A stretch of 64,000 nt of DNA from Eledone cirrhosa (Eukaryota). Numbering within the stretch: the first letter of the stretch is position 1; each line of letters opens with the position of its first letter. Location of the stretch: NCBI GenBank assembly GCA_964016885.1, contig OZ024742.1, positions 223,448,001-223,512,000 of the forward strand, given 5' to 3'. Both the position numbers and the translations under genes were made by a program. This document shows, one piece after another, positions 37,735-49,850 of the stretch. A model generated the notes under the pieces. That model was not told the origin of the DNA and ran no database searches. It saw nothing but the letters and a program-made list of their open reading frames with translations.

Positions 37735-40110
37735 ATTAATTGACAGAATCATGAAGCTTAGAATAGCTGTAGAAAATAGAATGGTGGCAATTACATCTAC
37801 TTATGCTCCACAGGCAGGACTAAGTAAAACCCAAAACGCAAGTCCCATGAGGAACTTTTACAGACAACTTCAGGTACTGATGAAAGAGACCTCATCATCC
37901 TGGCAAGCGACTTCAATGGACATGTGGGGCAGTAGCAGGATGGGTTCTGTAGAGTTCATGGCAGCTAAGGTTATGTCTCAAGAAATAAAGACAGATTGAG
38001 GCTCCTGGAATTCTGTGATACAAATGAACTAAGCATTTGCAACACAAATTTCAGAAAACCAGCCAGCTACCTGATTTCATATGAATCAAGTGAACACACA
38101 AGCCAAATTGATTACTTACTCGTAAAATGAGATAAATGGACTGTAATAAATACTAAGGCCTTCCCTGAGAAAGAATGCACCGCCCAACACAAGTTAGTTA
38201 TTAGCAACATTAAAATAAACAAGACAGTACACTATATGCAGGAAAATATGGAGACAGAGTGTTTGGAAGCTAAAGGACCTTTCAGTTAAATATAGCTTTA
38301 AAAGGCCCTACAGGATGCAGTAGATGAGAAGGGTAATGAGCTAGGTACATATAACGTAGAGGACAACTGGAAATTCCTATATGACAACCTTTTTCAAACT
38401 ACTGATAAGACTTGTGGCTGGAGTAAAGCACCAGCCAGACAGAGGATGACGTGGTGGTGGAAGAGCACAGTAGGTAGAGCCAATAAAGCCAAGAGACTGG
38501 AAAGACTGAAAAAAAATGAGGGGCAGCAGAGACCAGTACCAGGTTGATAAGAGAGAAGCTAGATGACAGGTATACATAGCTCAGAGAGAGGCTGAAAACA
38601 GAAAGTTTGCCAATGTCTTGAGACAGAAAGTGTTTCTTATTGCAAGGCAGTGTGTTAGTATAAATTGAGATGTCGTTGGGGAAAAATGTGTTAGAAATGA
38701 TGCTGATGCACTTAAGTGCATCAGCATCATTTCTAACACATTTTTCCCACTGATGCCCAAAAGAAAGAGGCCCCAAAATGTTACTATGAGAGATTGATGA
38801 AAATAGAGAATGAATGGGAGGAAGAGAAACTACCCCCAACTTACCCAACATAAGGACCAATGATTGAAGGTGACAGATATAAGGTCATAGAAGCAATCAA
38901 AGAGATGAAGAATGGTAAAGCTGCAGGGCCATCAGAGATAGCTGCTAAAATACTAAAAGCATCGGGAGAAGTAGGAGTCAAACTAGTAACTAGCATAGTC
39001 AATCAGGTAATACAGGATGGAGTCATACTCCATGACTGGCACAGCAGTACAATCATAAATTGCTACAAGGGCAAAAGTGATGTTCTAGAAAGGAGCATCT
39101 ACAGTGGAATAAAACTAATGGACCAAGTTATGAAAATGGTGGAAAAAGTTATAGCACAACTAATTAGGGAAAGAGTCAAATTAGACGAGATGCAGTTTGG
39201 TTTCATGCCTGGAAAAGGTACTGCAGATGCCCACTTCTTAGTGAGGCAACTACAACAGAAGTTCCTAGCCACTAATAAGCCACTATATTTAGCTTTCTAG
39301 AAAAGGCCTTTGACAGAGTACCTCAATCTATTATCTGGTGGTTCTTAAGGAAATTAGATGTAGTTTGTGAGAGCAGTGTACAGAGGAACTGTCAGTAAAG
39401 TGAGAGTAGGAGGTGAATTTAGTGAGGAATTCAAGGTACAAGTAGGAATTCATCAAGGTTTGGTTCTTAGCCCACTACTATTCATTATAGTTCTTCAGGC
39501 TATAATAGACGAGTTTAAAACTGGCTATCCATGGGAATGTCTCTATGCAGATGATTTGGTCTTTGTAGCCATAAAAGAACTAGAAAATAAGTTCTGACAA
39601 TGGAAATAAAATTTGGAATCAAAAGGTATGAAAGTAAACTTGGGCAAAACTAAAGTGCTAGTAAGTAGGAAAGAAGATAAGACCCTGATCTCTTTAGGGA
39701 AATGGCCCTGCTCCATATGTAGAAAATGAGTAGGCATAAACTCCATATGGTGTGCACAATGTAAATCTTGGGTACACAAGAGATGTAGTGGGATAACAGG
39801 TAGATTTACAGGAAAGGAAGACTGTGTATGTAGAAGATGCACAGGAGTAATCAAAGGGAAGAGCGGCAGTGATATAAACCTCTTCAAGTCACAGGAAGGG
39901 TCCATAGAAGTGGTTGATAGCTTCTGCTATCTCGGTGACTTAATCAGCAGCAGAGGGGTAAGGGGTGCTCTGAGAGCATAATAGCTAGAATAGGGATGGG
40001 ATGGAAATAGTTTAGAGAGCTACTCCCACTGTTGACAATAAAAGGTTTCTCGCTACGTATAAAAAGGATGACTGTATGATGCCTGTGTGTGAAGTGCGAT
40101 GCTGTATGTA
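37735..40110 (+). mobile_element. Long degraded RTE (part of the APE endonuclease plus RT)
   Basis: STYAPQAG, DFNGHVG, SQIDYLL (APE-type) followed by RT motifs QFGFMPG, GIHQG, LYADD. Many stops. Confidence 0.92.
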
Positions 40111-40689
40111 ATGATGAACAGGTACTAGTACTAAATAGTTGGTTAATGTCAACAGATACTGGTATTAGGACCTAATACAGTCAGTCAGTCAATGTGAACA
40201 AGTAATGATGAACAGATATTAATACTAGTACTAAATAGTTGGCCAATATGAACAAATACTGGTACTAGGACCAAATACAGTCAGTCAATGTGAACAATTT
40301 GTCATGTACAGATACTGCTACTGGAACCATAATAACCAGGAAGTATGAAATACAAATAAATTACTGAAAACCCGTTATTTTTTTGCTAAATTACATTTTT
40401 CAGCCTGTAACAATCAAGAACTGGGCTGTTAACGGTAAAGCTTTTGTCCTCGTTGCGGGATCATTTTGCTGAAGTATCAGGTGATGCTCCTCATAAGTAT
40501 GCTTGGCTATTCAAGCACGTGAGTCTTGTTATCACCAATAGTAATGTTGTGAGAGTCTTGTCCAAAGCTGTATTATCCATACGATTGACTTAGCTGAAGC
40601 ATAGGGGTCCTTACAGGGACTAGGGACCCTGCAATTTATTTTTGATACAAGAGGAGCTGAAATACATGAAAGTAAAGGAGCCTAATCCA

Positions 40690-40957
40690 GGTTTTGGCTT
40701 GCATCAAAACGTTTAGAGGGCAACACTACTATTCCCTGTTGTAGTGTATAATTGAGTGTGAAGGTCTTCTCCCTTTGTTTTTTTACTTCTGATTCATTTT
40801 TATTGATTTCTTTCTTTTGTAAATCATAAGCATTGTATAAAGTGTGTCAATATTTTTTCAACATATAAACTCAATTTATATAATGTTTATGATTTATGAT
40901 GATGATAAGAAACAAATCAATAAAAAAGAGCCAGAAAGGAATAAAAAAAAACAAATA
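40690..40957. mobile_element. Foldback/MITE-like element, copy 1
   Basis: Internal inverted repeat (taaatcataagcattgtataaa / tttatataatgtttatgattta; ttattgatttc / caaatcaataa). Arm similar to 47880-48215 and 49490-49850. Confidence 0.55.
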
Positions 40958-40974
40958 AAAGCTAATGTTAATAA

Positions 40975-42380
40975 GCTAAGTACCAGTCATATACTGAGGT
41001 TGATATAATCACCCCCCCCCCCCTCTTCCCCATCCAAATTGTTGGCCTTGTGCCTAAATTAAACTATTATTATTATTATTATTGTTGGGTTGACAGAATT
41101 GTTAGTGCATTGGGCAGAATGCTTTGTAGCATTCAGTTCTGACCTTTTATGTTTCAAGTTCAAATCCGTTTGAGATTAGTTTTGCCTTTCATCCTTACAG
41201 GGTCAATAAAATAGAGTACCAGTAAAGTACTGGGGTTGATTTAATCAACTTTCCTCTTCCTTTCAAATTGCTGGCCTCATGCCAAATGTTGAAACAATTA
41301 TTATTATTAGTAGTCATATTTTTATTGTGCTGTCATTGCACTACCAAGCACAGCTGTGTGTGCTTTTGGTATGTGCAGTGTTGTTTTTGGTGTTATTTCT
41401 ATACTCTTCGTGATATACGTGCATTACCAAGTAATGTTATTTTCTGTATGATGTATATACTTGTGTGTCTTTTTTTTTTCCTTTAAACATTTCCAGAGTA
41501 GTTTATTATTATAAGAATTGTTTCTGCTTTCATCAACCACATTCACATTATTTCTTTTTCTTGATTTTCAAATTTGGATAATTTTCTCCATTTCTTTATT
41601 TGGCAGTATCGGTAGATCGTCGGACACCATGCATCGTGGCACAGAGTTACGACCCTTTGTGTTCTGAGTTTGAATACGGCCGAGGTTAGCTTTGCTTTTC
41701 ATCCATACAGAGTCAATAAAATAAAGTACCAGTAATGCACAGGGGTCAATTCAATCGACTTTCCATTCCCTAAAATTTCTGGCCTTGTGCCTAAATCAGA
41801 AACCATTATCATTATCAATCTCCAGCATATAGTTACAGCTCTTTACATTCTGAGTTCAAATCCCACTGAGGTAAGCTTTGCTATTCATCCTTATAAGGTC
41901 GATTAAAATAAAGTACCAGTAATGCACTAGGGTCAGTTTAATTGACTTTCCCTTTCATTTCAAATTACTGGCCTTGAGCCAAATGTAGAAATAATTGTTA
42001 TTAATCCCACCAAAGTCAACTTTAACTTTCTTTCTTCCAAGGTTGTCTTAGTCTTAGTTTCAGTTGGTCTGATCAACGGAACAGCCTGCTCATGAAATTA
42101 ACATGCAAGTGGCTGAGCATTCCACAAACATGCATACCCTTAACATAGTTCTCAGGGAGATTCAGCATGATACAGAATGTGACAAGGCTGGCCCTTTGAA
42201 TTACAGGTACTACTCATTTTTGCCAGCTGAATGAACTGGAGCAACATGAAATAAAGTGTCTTGCTCAAGGACACAGCACACCACTGAAAAAATAAAGTAC
42301 CACTTGAATACTGGGGTTGATTTAATCAACTTTACCTTCCCTGCAAAAGTGCTGACCTTGTGCCTAAATCAGGAACCATA
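40975..42380 (+). mobile_element. Cluster of about 5 SINE copies and fragments
   Basis: Repeated tttgcctttcatcc...gtcaataaaataaagtaccag...ggccttgtgcc blocks near 41085, 41600, 41820, 42005 and 42290, plus a different SINE on the minus strand at about 42050-42285. Confidence 0.8.
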
Positions 42381-42779
42381 ATGACATTATATAAGTAATG
42401 TTATTCTATATGAAGTAAATGAAAGCATTAATGATCGGAACTAAACAATAGTGAAAATGTTATTATCATCAACTGGTGCACTAGTTATCAATATAACTAG
42501 TGCACCAGTGGTGTCAATAATGATGACAATAACATGGAACAAATTTTTCAATTCCAATGTTGGTCTTCCATGTATACCATAATTACTGGATATATGAACA
42601 ATCACATAATTGGAGAAATTTATGTTTCAATAAATTTGATTTACATAAGAGAAACTCTATATTTTATGTTGAATTATGACACTCAGAAGTAATTTTAAGG
42701 ATAAAAATGTTATTTCAATAATTTATTTCTAGGATATAATTATATAATTTTTTAACATATATGTACAAATGACATATAG

Positions 42780-43265
42780 GATTAAAGGTGCAGAGCACTA
42801 GAAGTCGATGGAAGCCGCGGAGTGGGGAGACCCAAGAAGACCTGGGATGAGGTGATAAATGCAGACCTTACCCAATTGCACCTCCCAACAGCGATGACAC
42901 ATGACCGTGACCTCTGGAATCACGCAGTAGTACAGAAGACCCGACTTCCCACGGGAGCAGGCCAAGGCCAAAGTATATAGACAATATGCCCCCATCCCCT
43001 CCCAAAGTGGTCGTGAAGGTGTCACGACAAAAAAACACCCAGACCACACTATAAAGTGGACATGTAGGCGCTATGGAAAAAAAAGTACCCAGCACTCACT
43101 GTAAATGAGGTTGGTGTTAGGAAGGCATCCAGCTGTAGAAATCAAGCCAGAATCAGTTCCTGTATGAGCAAGACAAAGTCAGCTGACTGGACACTGCCCA
43201 CAACAGGACAACCCGTCTAACCCATGCTAGCGTGGAAGAACGGACATAAAACGGTGATGATGATG
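42780..43265 (+). mobile_element. RTE 3' end
   Basis: Matches 16637-17110 and has a (GAT)n tail. Confidence 0.92.
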
Positions 43266-43313
43266 TAACTTTGGAGAAATAAGTATTTGCAGGAACAACT
43301 GTAGGGTCAGAAC

Positions 43314-43437
43314 CAGTGCTGGATTTAGGACAAATGGGGTCCTGTGCTTACTTGGTTGGGTAGGAAGATGTCCCCACCCCCTTCCAATGAGGCCTTGTGC
43401 TTAAGCACACCTAAGCACAATGGTAAATCCAGCACTG
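43314..43437. mobile_element. hAT-type MITE, 124 bp
   Basis: 14-bp TIR cagtgctggattta/taaatccagcactg; 8-bp TSD gtcagaac/gttagaac. Confidence 0.85.
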
Positions 43438-43855
43438 GTTAGAACCCAGGAACTTGTGATTGGAAAGTAAACTTCTTACTGTGAAAATATAACAGATAGG
43501 AAATACATTGTGTGTAAGTTTTAAAGGGTTATAGATCTATATAAATATACAAACACAACGCATGGCATATAATTATGGTTGATTCTCACCTGCTTACTTG
43601 ACCATCCTACTTTATAATTTATTAATTAGCTTTACAAAGAACGGATGTAGAGGGAGAGGAAAAAGTGGATCTCATGGTGCATATATAGTTTGTTTTTCTC
43701 AAAAGCAAGGATATATAAACTATATAAATTGTTTTTACATAAATGGCATCTTTGACAAATGAGTTCTATTATAGCCTTAGATCAAAATTTGTTGATAGAA
43801 CATATGCAGAATCACCCCACCCCCCATTATATGTGCTTGTGTGTGTGCGCGCGCG

Positions 43856-44136
43856 CAGGGCCAGATTTAATGGGTTGTAAAGTGAGGGAGAGGCACTAGC
43901 AATGGCCATAGCAATTTATTTGTGTCCTTTGCTAGGCTTTTTAGTTTTAGGATGGTTAGATCTTTTTGAATTTAATACTTGTATGTATAACTTTTCAATT
44001 CCAATTACTAACGCCAAGCCGACTTTGACATATAAAATTGGAGGGGGGGGTTGCTGTGTATTCTGATTTTTTGTGTATGAGGGGGCCCCCCAAAGATGAA
44101 GTGTTCCAGTCCCTCCAAGGTCTAAATCCGACCGTG
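43856..44136. mobile_element. hAT-type MITE, degenerate
   Basis: Imperfect TIR cagggccagattta/taaatccgaccgtg, sitting in a (TG/CG)n tract. Confidence 0.55.
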
Positions 44137-44349
44137 TGTGTGTATTTGTTGGCATTAGGAAGGTCATTTAGCCCTAGAAACTATGCCAAATATGGAATGA
44201 GGTCTCTCAAACTTGTCTAGTTTCAGAATGTGACAACCCTTCCAACCCATGCCAGCATAGAAAACAGACGTAAAATGGTGATGATGATGATCATGTATGA
44301 CTGACTAAATCGCTTCAAGGCAGTACTCCAGCATGGCCTCAGTCAAATG

Positions 44350-44522
44350 ACAAACTACAGCTTTACACCATCACCACCAAATATATTAATATCGCATCGA
44401 TCATGCTCTTTCCCCAAAAGTATTAATGATATTTGTACATTATTCTATGTACTATACATGCACCTTTGATGAGTTGTAGTGCACCTGAGCACTGTACACA
44501 ATAATTTTTATTATTATTATAA
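44350..44522 (+). mobile_element. CR1-type LINE 3' UTR
   Basis: Reverse-complement similarity to 48225-48335 (gagttgtagtgcacctgagcact) and a (TTA)n tail. Confidence 0.7.
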
Positions 44523-44689
44523 TGCTTCAAGCAAACTATCACACCCTATATATATATATATATATATATATTTATGTAATAATATTTATTACATAACTAT
44601 TAAGCTCTGTTACCTACATAGAGCACTCTTTTTTCCTGGACTTTTCCGACGGAATTACTTCATTCATACATATATATATATATGTATAT

Positions 44690-44809
44690 ATAGGAACAAG
44701 TATGACCCCGACGGCAGAGCTCAAGCCGTTTCGACGGCTAATTCTGGACGTCCAGAATTAGCCGTCGAAACGGCTTGTGCTCTGCCGTTGGGGTCATACT
44801 TGTTCCTAT
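44690..44809. repeat. 120-bp near-perfect palindrome containing half a hammerhead
   Basis: Centre ggac|gtcc at 44749/44750, 2 mismatches. Contains GAAACGGC...GCCGTT. Segment is flanked by TA runs. Confidence 0.9.
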
Positions 44810-44918
44810 TACCCACTCTACTACCCTAAGTATTGAGTACTTTGGTGCGTTATGGTCCATCTGGTTCCTTACCACATTTCCTTCGTTATATATATATATA
44901 TAAATGAAAAGTATAGAA

Positions 44919-44955
<37 letters not shown>

Positions 44956-45104
44956 TCAAATACACACATATATCCATACACATAGACATATATATAAACT
45001 TCTGGGTAACAGAAGTCAAAAATAACAGTAGAGTGAGATTTGAGGGAAATTTGGCTGCTATTTCTAGCAGTTCAGGCGAACTTAGTCGTCTGTCGAGTTA
45101 TCTC

Positions 45105-45176
<72 letters not shown>

Positions 45177-45601
45177 GTGTGTGTGTGTGTGTATAAATAT
45201 ATATATAGTGAGAGAGACGTGTGGGCTTCTATACATTTCCATATAAATCAAATCAAGCTTAAACACGAACATACATAAATACACACATACATTAATAAAT
45301 ACACACACATATACATGCACCAGAAACATGTTTTTATCCATGTCAAACTTTATTATTACTATTTTACTAGTAATCTTTCGGTTTAAGATCATAGAAAACT
45401 TTCCGCAATTTTCGAAGTATTTTATGACAATTGAAAAAAGAATTATCAACTAAATCGTAATCTACCTCATATACATTAATATTAGGAAATAAAATCGGGT
45501 GGTGGTGGTGGACACTAAACTGAAGCTATGTCGTTATATATATATATATATATATACTAAGATAATAATAAATGGAAATTATATTTATAAAACCATATTT
45601 A

Positions 45602-45662
45602 TTTTATTATATATATTTCAAGGGCGACCAAGCCAATCTTGGTGCGCTTTCATCAGATAAAA
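45602..45662 (-). ncRNA. Type I hammerhead ribozyme with intact core
   Basis: Minus strand: TTTTAT-CTGATGA-aagcgcaccaag(attgg)cttggtcgccctt-GAAA-tatat-ATA-ATAAAA. Same stems I and III as the 25138 copy. Segment lies between TA runs. Confidence 0.8.
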
Positions 45663-45993
45663 TACAAAATTTGTTTTATAAATAATGACATACCCATGGA
45701 AATCGCACCTTAACGGTCCGAAATTCGCTGGATAGTCCAGTAATCTGTTGAATGCTCTATATCAGTTATAAACATTTATGTTTGTCGGAATTCCAACAAA
45801 TTAAATACAACTCCTACATATATATATATATATATATGCGTTCGATTTCCGAAAGCCACTCTGACACTTTTACCCGTATGTAATGGTTTATATGCCTTAA
45901 TTTATCGACCATTTTATAGTTAAACGTACGTTGTAGCAGCTTACAATAAGCTAACATACTTCTAAATTCAAATTTTCTCAACGCTTCGTAAAT

Positions 45994-46052
<59 letters not shown>

Positions 46053-46278
46053 CATACATACAAGACGACATAACTAGTTTAGTGTCTCCCTCATAACTTT
46101 CTTAATACCTTAATACACATTACGATTATGTTTATAAAATTAGGGGGAACAAATTATCATTTTTACCTACGGAAATTACCGGAGGTTGTCAGTGATCTTA
46201 AAACGAAGGATTACTGCATTTTCTTTTTTGGGTTTTGTATTTCATTTTTAAATATTCTTAAAAGTTAAACCGTCTCAC

Positions 46279-46489
46279 CTGTTCCACTTTGATCCGACAG
46301 GTGCTCGAGGCCTGTCCGATGTCCATACCCTCCACAATTTACCATTCGTTGTCGGACACTACAATTGCTGTCTCTGTTTTCTTCATTATTCTCACTCCAG
46401 TTTTTCTCACATGTAAATCCATCCATGCCATCATTGTAAAAATCCCTTGCGTTCGTTTTCCATAGAAATCCAGCGATTAGCGCCGTCAT
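46279..46489 (-). CDS. Candidate first coding exon of an unidentified host gene
   Basis: Unique CpG-containing sequence. ATG-initiated frame of about 70 codons ends at the strong donor ACAG|GTGAGA. Protein not recognised. Confidence 0.4.
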
Positions 46490-46717
46490 CTAAATTAGCT
46501 TCTATCGCCGTTTACCTTCTCGCTCACTACCTGTTGCTGCATTCATCGACTTATCAGGTGTGGTGTCTGTTTATATATATATAAGAGGCACGTTCGCTGA
46601 AACTTTGAAGTCACTGTCGCTGTTTTCTTCGGAAAATAAATTTTACTACACTCAACTCAGTGTATTGAGTGCTAATTAAGTTAGTGTTTGACTGTTTTAT
46701 GTGCACTGGCTTTTGAA

Positions 46718-46767
<50 letters not shown>

Positions 46768-47110
46768 CGCAAAACTTCGAAGTCACTATCAACGTCTTCC
46801 TTGTAAACTATTATATATATATTTACTGTGATAATAACGAGGTGAAAATTTCAAAATAGTAGCAATTAAGCGGGTACTGTTAGAAAAAAAGAAAAGGAAA
46901 GAAAATTCACTTGAAAATAGTTCATTCTGTCTGGTCACTGTGGCATGTTTCTTTCTTCCAAAAAAAAACACCTTTTTTCCGAAGGTAATTCGCGGGGTAA
47001 AAATAAAGGTGTTAATGTTGATGTGACATTAGCCTTGTCGCCATGTTGAACGGGTCAGAGTGATTGTGGGAGTGGTGGGTTTACAACAGAGCAGACGACA
47101 ACATGGACAA
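46490..47110 (-). promoter_or_regulatory. Candidate promoter region
   Basis: Repeat-poor and relatively CpG-rich. Minus-strand TATATAAA near 46570-46580. YY1-like AACATGGCG at 47039-47047. Confidence 0.35.
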
Positions 47111-47879
47111 CAACGTCTAGAAACTATTCAAAGGTGACGAGAGAAAACTACTTAAAAACAAACAATAACTAATAAAAATTGATAAAATTTTAATTCAAAA
47201 GTTTCTCTTTCATAAAATCTATAAATCGTTATCAAATTATATTCCATTTCTACGGACTTAGAATCTTTTTTTCCCTAGCATTATATGTTGTATAGTTGCT
47301 GTTTTATTTGTTTATTTATTTGTCCATGTTAAGATGTGCCTGGGCTGTAATAACAATGCATAGTAGGGGGAAGACATGAAATAAATCGTTAGTCTGGTCT
47401 TCGTCTCGCCGACTTTTAACAAAAGAAATGAAACGAAATACCTGAAAAAAAAAGAAGAAAATTATTATTTACCGATAATTTTCGCCGCACTTTTGAAATG
47501 TTAATTTTTTAAATATATTTATTTAGTTATTTATTTATTTGTTTCTTTAATCAACCTTTTCTAAAAATTAATAATCGCTTGTTTTTACACAAGTATCTTT
47601 AATTGATCAACTTTAAGTTAAAGAAATGTCTTTTGCTATCGAACTTCTAAAATCTCTTTTATAAAAAAATTAATGCTTTAAAAAATTGTAATATCATTTA
47701 ATGTCATTCATTCACAGGTGATTAATTAAATGATGACAAATTAATGAAAATTATTAAGATATAGATTTATTTGCATACTAAATAGAGAGAATTATTTAAA
47801 TTCGTATAATTTCATCAAACTTTATATAATAGTCCTTTTATGACTACTATATAAAAAACTTATTGCCATTTAATTCTGA

Positions 47880-49850
47880 GAGTGGTTGGCTGTTCCAATG
47901 CCTTAGCTACGCTATAATCTTTGGTAATGATGTGTTTTGGAATATATCAAAACATTCTATAGTTAAACAGCAGCATTCCTTGTTATAGTGTAAAATAATG
48001 TGTGTCTTTTCTTTTTTTTCTTTCTGACTCATTTGTGAGGGTGCTTGACTCTTCCAGTACCTCAGCCTCGCTACCACCTGCATATATGCCATGTTTTGGG
48101 TAGCCTCAAACGTTTTCTAAAGAAACAGCAACATTCCCTATTATAATGTGTATTGGAGGGAGTGTGTATGTCTTCTTTTATTTTTCTTTCTGACTCATTT
48201 TTATTGTTATTGCCTATTTGTTTTAATATAATGAAATGATTGTGTAAAGTGCTCAGGTGCACTACAACTCGTCAATATAGTACATAGAATAATACACAAA
48301 TGTCAGGGAAGTACGTGTGTATGTGTTAGCTGTAGTGTTGGCGGATTTTGGGAAGCATGGAGGCCTTAAAGGATGCAGTGTCTCGACAGCTAACAACTGA
48401 TGCAGCTAGTTTGTTCCATGCTTCAGCAACTCTGAGCGTGAAAAAATGTTTCCGAAAGTCATGGGAACTGTGCTGTTTTCTTACTTTGTGGGCATGTCCA
48501 CGTGTGTTAGACACATGGAAATCAAAAAGGTACTCAGGGTTGTTGTTGGCAACATGGTTAACAATTTTGTGGGTGTTTACCAAGTCAGTTGCCAGGCGTC
48601 GGAGCTTCAATGAATCCATGCCCAGGGAAGCAAGGCGCTCAGAGTATGGTAGATGCCTGATAGAGGGTATTCGCTTGGTTGCACGTCTCTGAACAGTTTC
48701 CAGGCGGTCAATGTCCTGAGCAAGATAGGGGTTCCAGACTGGTGATGCAAATTCTAAGTGTGGTCACACCATAGCTGTATACAGCCTTAAATAGATATCT
48801 GGAGAGCGGCTGACAAAGGTCTTGCTGAGTGATGCTAAGACACCCTCGACCCTCTTGACAATTTTAGAGACGTGCCTCGTCCAACGCAAATCGCTGCTGA
48901 CCGTAATGCCCAGGTCACGTTCACAGGAAGACTTCTTGATATTAGTGCTGTGGAGGGAGTATGTGGACGCTGGGTTTTTACTCCCAAAATGCATGGTGGT
49001 GCACTTGTCCACAGCTAGCTTGAGTTGCCAGTCTGAGATCCATTGTTGCATTGTGTCCAGGTCAGACTGCAAGCAAGATCTATAGTGTTCAGGATCTGTC
49101 CTTTTTATCTCAAGGTACAGCTTGATGTCGTCTGCATACTTTAGTACTGTGGCATTCCTTAAGTTGGCATCTATGTCATTAATATATGCCACAAACAAAA
49201 GGGGGCCAAGAACAGATCCCTGTGGTACACCAGATGACATCTCATATGGTGAGGAATGTTGTCCCAGAACCGTGACTACCTCTTTTTGACTGAGAATGAA
49301 GGACTTCAACCAGTTAAAAAGATCATCCTTCACACCCATTGCAGAGAGTTTTGCCATAAGCCTTTTGTGTGGCACAGAATTGAAGGCCTTCGCAAAGTCA
49401 AGGTAAACAACATCCATCCATGAGCCGCCATGATCAAAACCTCTTAAAAATATAAACACAATACATACGATGAATATGTCTTAGAAAAGAAACAAATCAA
49501 TAGAAAATAATCAGAGAAAAAGAAAAGAAAAAGGGAGAGAAGACAAGTGTACTGAATTACACACTACAACAGAGAATGTTGGTGTTTCCCTAAAAAAATG
49601 TTCGAAGCCAGCCAAGACCTCACAGCATCGCCACCAGTGAAAAGGGTGCCTCAATTACACACTACAACAGGGAGTGTTGGTCTTTCCCTATAAAAATGTT
49701 TGAAGCAAGCCAAAACCTCATGGCATTACTGCACGTAATAGTAAGGTCCTGGAATAGCCAAGCACCCTCACCAACATCACCTGATGCTACAGTATAGTGT
49801 ATAGTTGGGTAATAGCAAAGCTAAGACACAGGAATAGCCAAGTGTCCTCA
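47880..49850. mobile_element. Foldback element with long diverged inverted arms, split by a CR1 insertion
   Basis: 47880-48215 is a diverged reverse complement of 49490-49850 (for example gtgagggtgcttg / caagcaccctcac). Confidence 0.6.
48225..49430 (-). mobile_element. CR1-clade LINE, 5'-truncated RT fragment
   Basis: DVVYLDFAKAFNSVPH, SGVPQGSVLGPLLF, KYADDIKLY, ERDLGITV, NTRGH..FFTLRVAEAWNKL. Confidence 0.92.

Noticed and set aside
40397-40640. Exon-like unique sequence with splice-like ends
   Set aside because: All three minus-strand frames contain stops, and the plus-strand candidate is tiny and unsupported. It could be non-coding, but cannot be called.
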